Assembly (NCBI GenBank): GCA_051294375.1
Contig: CM119263.1
Coordinates: 24,099,657-24,163,656 of the forward strand
Length of the DNA: 64,000 bases
Reading direction: 5' to 3'
Source of the DNA: Paraspadella gotoi
Taxonomy: Eukaryota > Animalia > Chaetognatha
Positions 61,761 to 64,000 of the stretch are shown one piece after another (positions within the stretch are counted from its first letter, which is position 1; each line of letters begins with the position of its first letter). A program made the position numbers and the translations under genes. Under the pieces are notes generated by a model, which saw only the letters and a program-made list of their open reading frames with translations, did no database searches and was not told the origin of the DNA.

Positions 61761-63710
61761 TATGCACAAGCTACCCCCGTTCATTGCCACACTTCGATTG
61801 TCACGACGTTCCCAATGCCCTATCTACGGCATCAACAGCATCTGCGGCGTCTGCAGCAGCGCCGGCCTCCTGCATCCATCACAGCAGGTGGTGCGACGGG
61901 CGGCGCGATTGCCGCAGCGGGCGAGACGAGGACGATTGCCCCATCTGGACAACTGCAGCAGCAAAACCATCGACATCTACATCAACAGCAAAAACATTGA
62001 GCAGCAAAGAAACATCGTCAACAGCGAAAGCGTCATCGAAAATCAAATCAGGAACAACGACATCAACAATAACTACAACAACAACAACAACAACGCCGAA
62101 TTCGAAACAGAAAGACGTTCGTAGGAACAAACAAGGAACGAACATCAACAGCAACAACTACAACAACAACAACAACTTCGCCAAAGAGCATCAACGATAT
62201 CTCGGGGAAAAATCAAAGAAACACAGACGACTCAACAACAACAACAACTACGATTACAGCAGCATTAGCAGCAGCAGCAACAACTACAACGACTCGCTTC
62301 TTCATCGCCTTCGAAAACGGAAGAAGCACCATCGCGTTGTGGCCCCTCAAACAGTTGAAGCTGACCCCCATAACTTTCCGCAGCCAGGACAGCGACATTC
62401 GCAACGTCAGCAGCGACAGCAGCTGCAGGAAAATAAAAAGAAAAACAATAAAAAGAAACGAAGAAAAACTCAGCGAGAACCGCTCGAGAAACAAGAGCAA
62501 CAAACCAAACAAAAACAAAAGCATCATCAACAGCGTAAACTCGGCAACGCCATCGCGCGGCGCCACCAATCCGCGCCGGGGTTCACTTCCGGCGCCAAAT
62601 CTGGTTCCATAGAGGCGCCGTTGCCTCGCTGGCAGCGACGCCGCCTCAAAGACGCAAAAGACTCGACTCTCGGATCAAATTCTCACGCAGCGACGCAGAG
62701 AGGCGCCAGTTTAAAATCATCATCATCATTGTCATCGTCATCATCATCATCATCTCCCTCCCCGTCATCCTTTTCGTTTTCTCCCCCCTCATCGTCGTCT
62801 TCATTTCGTTCACGTTCATCGTCGACGTCGTCGTCGTCGGCGGCGCGCTCCTCATCCTCCTCATCCTCATCCTCGATCCACCAACTCGTCGGCGCCGGCC
62901 GACGAGCTTCGCGTCAAAACTTCCGCGCGGCCACGTTCGCATCTGCCGCCGACGAAGACGACGACAACGACGACGACAACGACGCCCGAAACACGCCCCC
63001 AACGCATTCTGGAGACGGGTTCTATGGCGGACCCCGAACGGCGGAAAGAGAAACACAAGATTTGGATCCAGACTCGAATCAGCGACGACGAACGATCGCG
63101 ACGGCGACGACGACGACGAGGGCGACGAAGGCGTGGCCCTCGACGTCGGCGGCGTCGTCGTCGTCCTCCGTTTCGCCATCTTCCTTCTCCTCGTCGTCCT
63201 TATCATCATCATCATCATCATCACCGTCGAGGCGACGCGACTTCCGCGTCGCCGAGACGAAGATCCCTCTCGCGACGACCGACCGACGCCGGAAGAGGCC
63301 TCGAGACCGACGCCCGGCGGCGGCGATGACGGCGGCGGCGGATTCCTCGCCGCCTTCGTCGCGACGCCGCGCCAACGAGGCGGAGTCGGCGCCAAACTTT
63401 GACGTCACCAACGGCGCCGGCGACGCCAGGACGCCGGTCGACGGGCGCTCCCTTGGAGGCTGGGCGCCCGCGAGGCCTATCACGCCATCTCCGGCCGAAA
63501 AAGGGATCAAAATCGAACGCAACGACGACAGAAAAGACGACGACGACGACGACCAACTGCATCCGTCGGGAGAAAGGCGAAACGAGACGACGACGACGAC
63601 TCGTCGCGACGACGGCGACAACGACGACGACGACGACGTGGACTTTCTGCTTCCTCCGGAGGCAGAGAAATATTACGTCTATTACGAATACGGGGAAAAT
63701 CTCGATCCAA
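61761..63710 (+). CDS. Large internal coding exon (650 codons): LDLa module plus long low-complexity Thr/Ser/Asn/Gln/Asp and basic region
   Basis: Upstream pyrimidine tract, GACAG acceptor and CCAA|GTAAGT donor at 63711; 1950 bp stop-free, phase 1-1. N-terminus reads CTSYPRSLPHFDC..CIHHSRWCDGRRDCRSGRDEDDC. Simple repeats inside are trinucleotide, unlike the (GA)n-rich flanks. Confidence 0.88.
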
Positions 63711-64000
63711 GTAAGTGTTTGTAGCTCCAGGGTTTAATGACGGTCTTAATTCGTTTGTTATCGGTATAGTACTTCTTTTTATAAGTTAAAGATAACTCGA
63801 CTCAACCGATCTCGATTACGATAAAGAGTTAAAAGATTCTCCTGATTAGGTTTTCTTCCCTAAAAATAACATTATGATGTAAGTTTGTTTAAATAAAAAA
63901 TCACAGTCTGTCGTAAGTGTCAAATAGAAAAAAAAACATCACATTCTTCGTATCCGCAACGTTTAATGTTAGTTTTTTTTCATATAGTTTTGTGCGTTAT

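Noticed and set aside
62213-63737. Overlapping antisense and alternative-frame ORFs over the large exon
   Set aside because: Shadow ORFs of GC-rich trinucleotide-repeat coding DNA; only the LDLa frame has a domain and matching splice sites.

Overview
Eukaryotic, invertebrate-like genomic DNA (probably an arthropod, by inference), not prokaryotic. It is dominated by (GA)n, (GAAA)n and (GAC/TCG)n microsatellites and polypurine tracts, so nearly all entries in the ORF track are spurious low-complexity translations. The best-supported coding signal is a + strand spliced gene with LDL-receptor class A (LDLa) modules. One exon (20511-20855, 345 bp, phase 1-1, missed by the ORF track) carries a four-cysteine LDLa lacking C1 and C3. 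A second, very large exon (61761-63710, 1950 bp, phase 1-1) carries an LDLa with a 23-residue C2-C3 loop followed by about 590 low-complexity, multibasic residues. Other supported elements are a ~24-copy 70-bp tandem array, a degenerate Penelope-type hammerhead ribozyme, a near-perfect palindrome with 66-bp arms, a hAT-like MITE with an 8-bp TSD, Helentron/HINE-like ends, and candidate antisense exons nested between the two LDLa exons. Three duplicated blocks sit around 25-N gaps and are most likely hybrid-assembly artefacts. No CRISPR array, rRNA or tRNA was found, and I cannot support a claim of a new biological system from the sequence alone.
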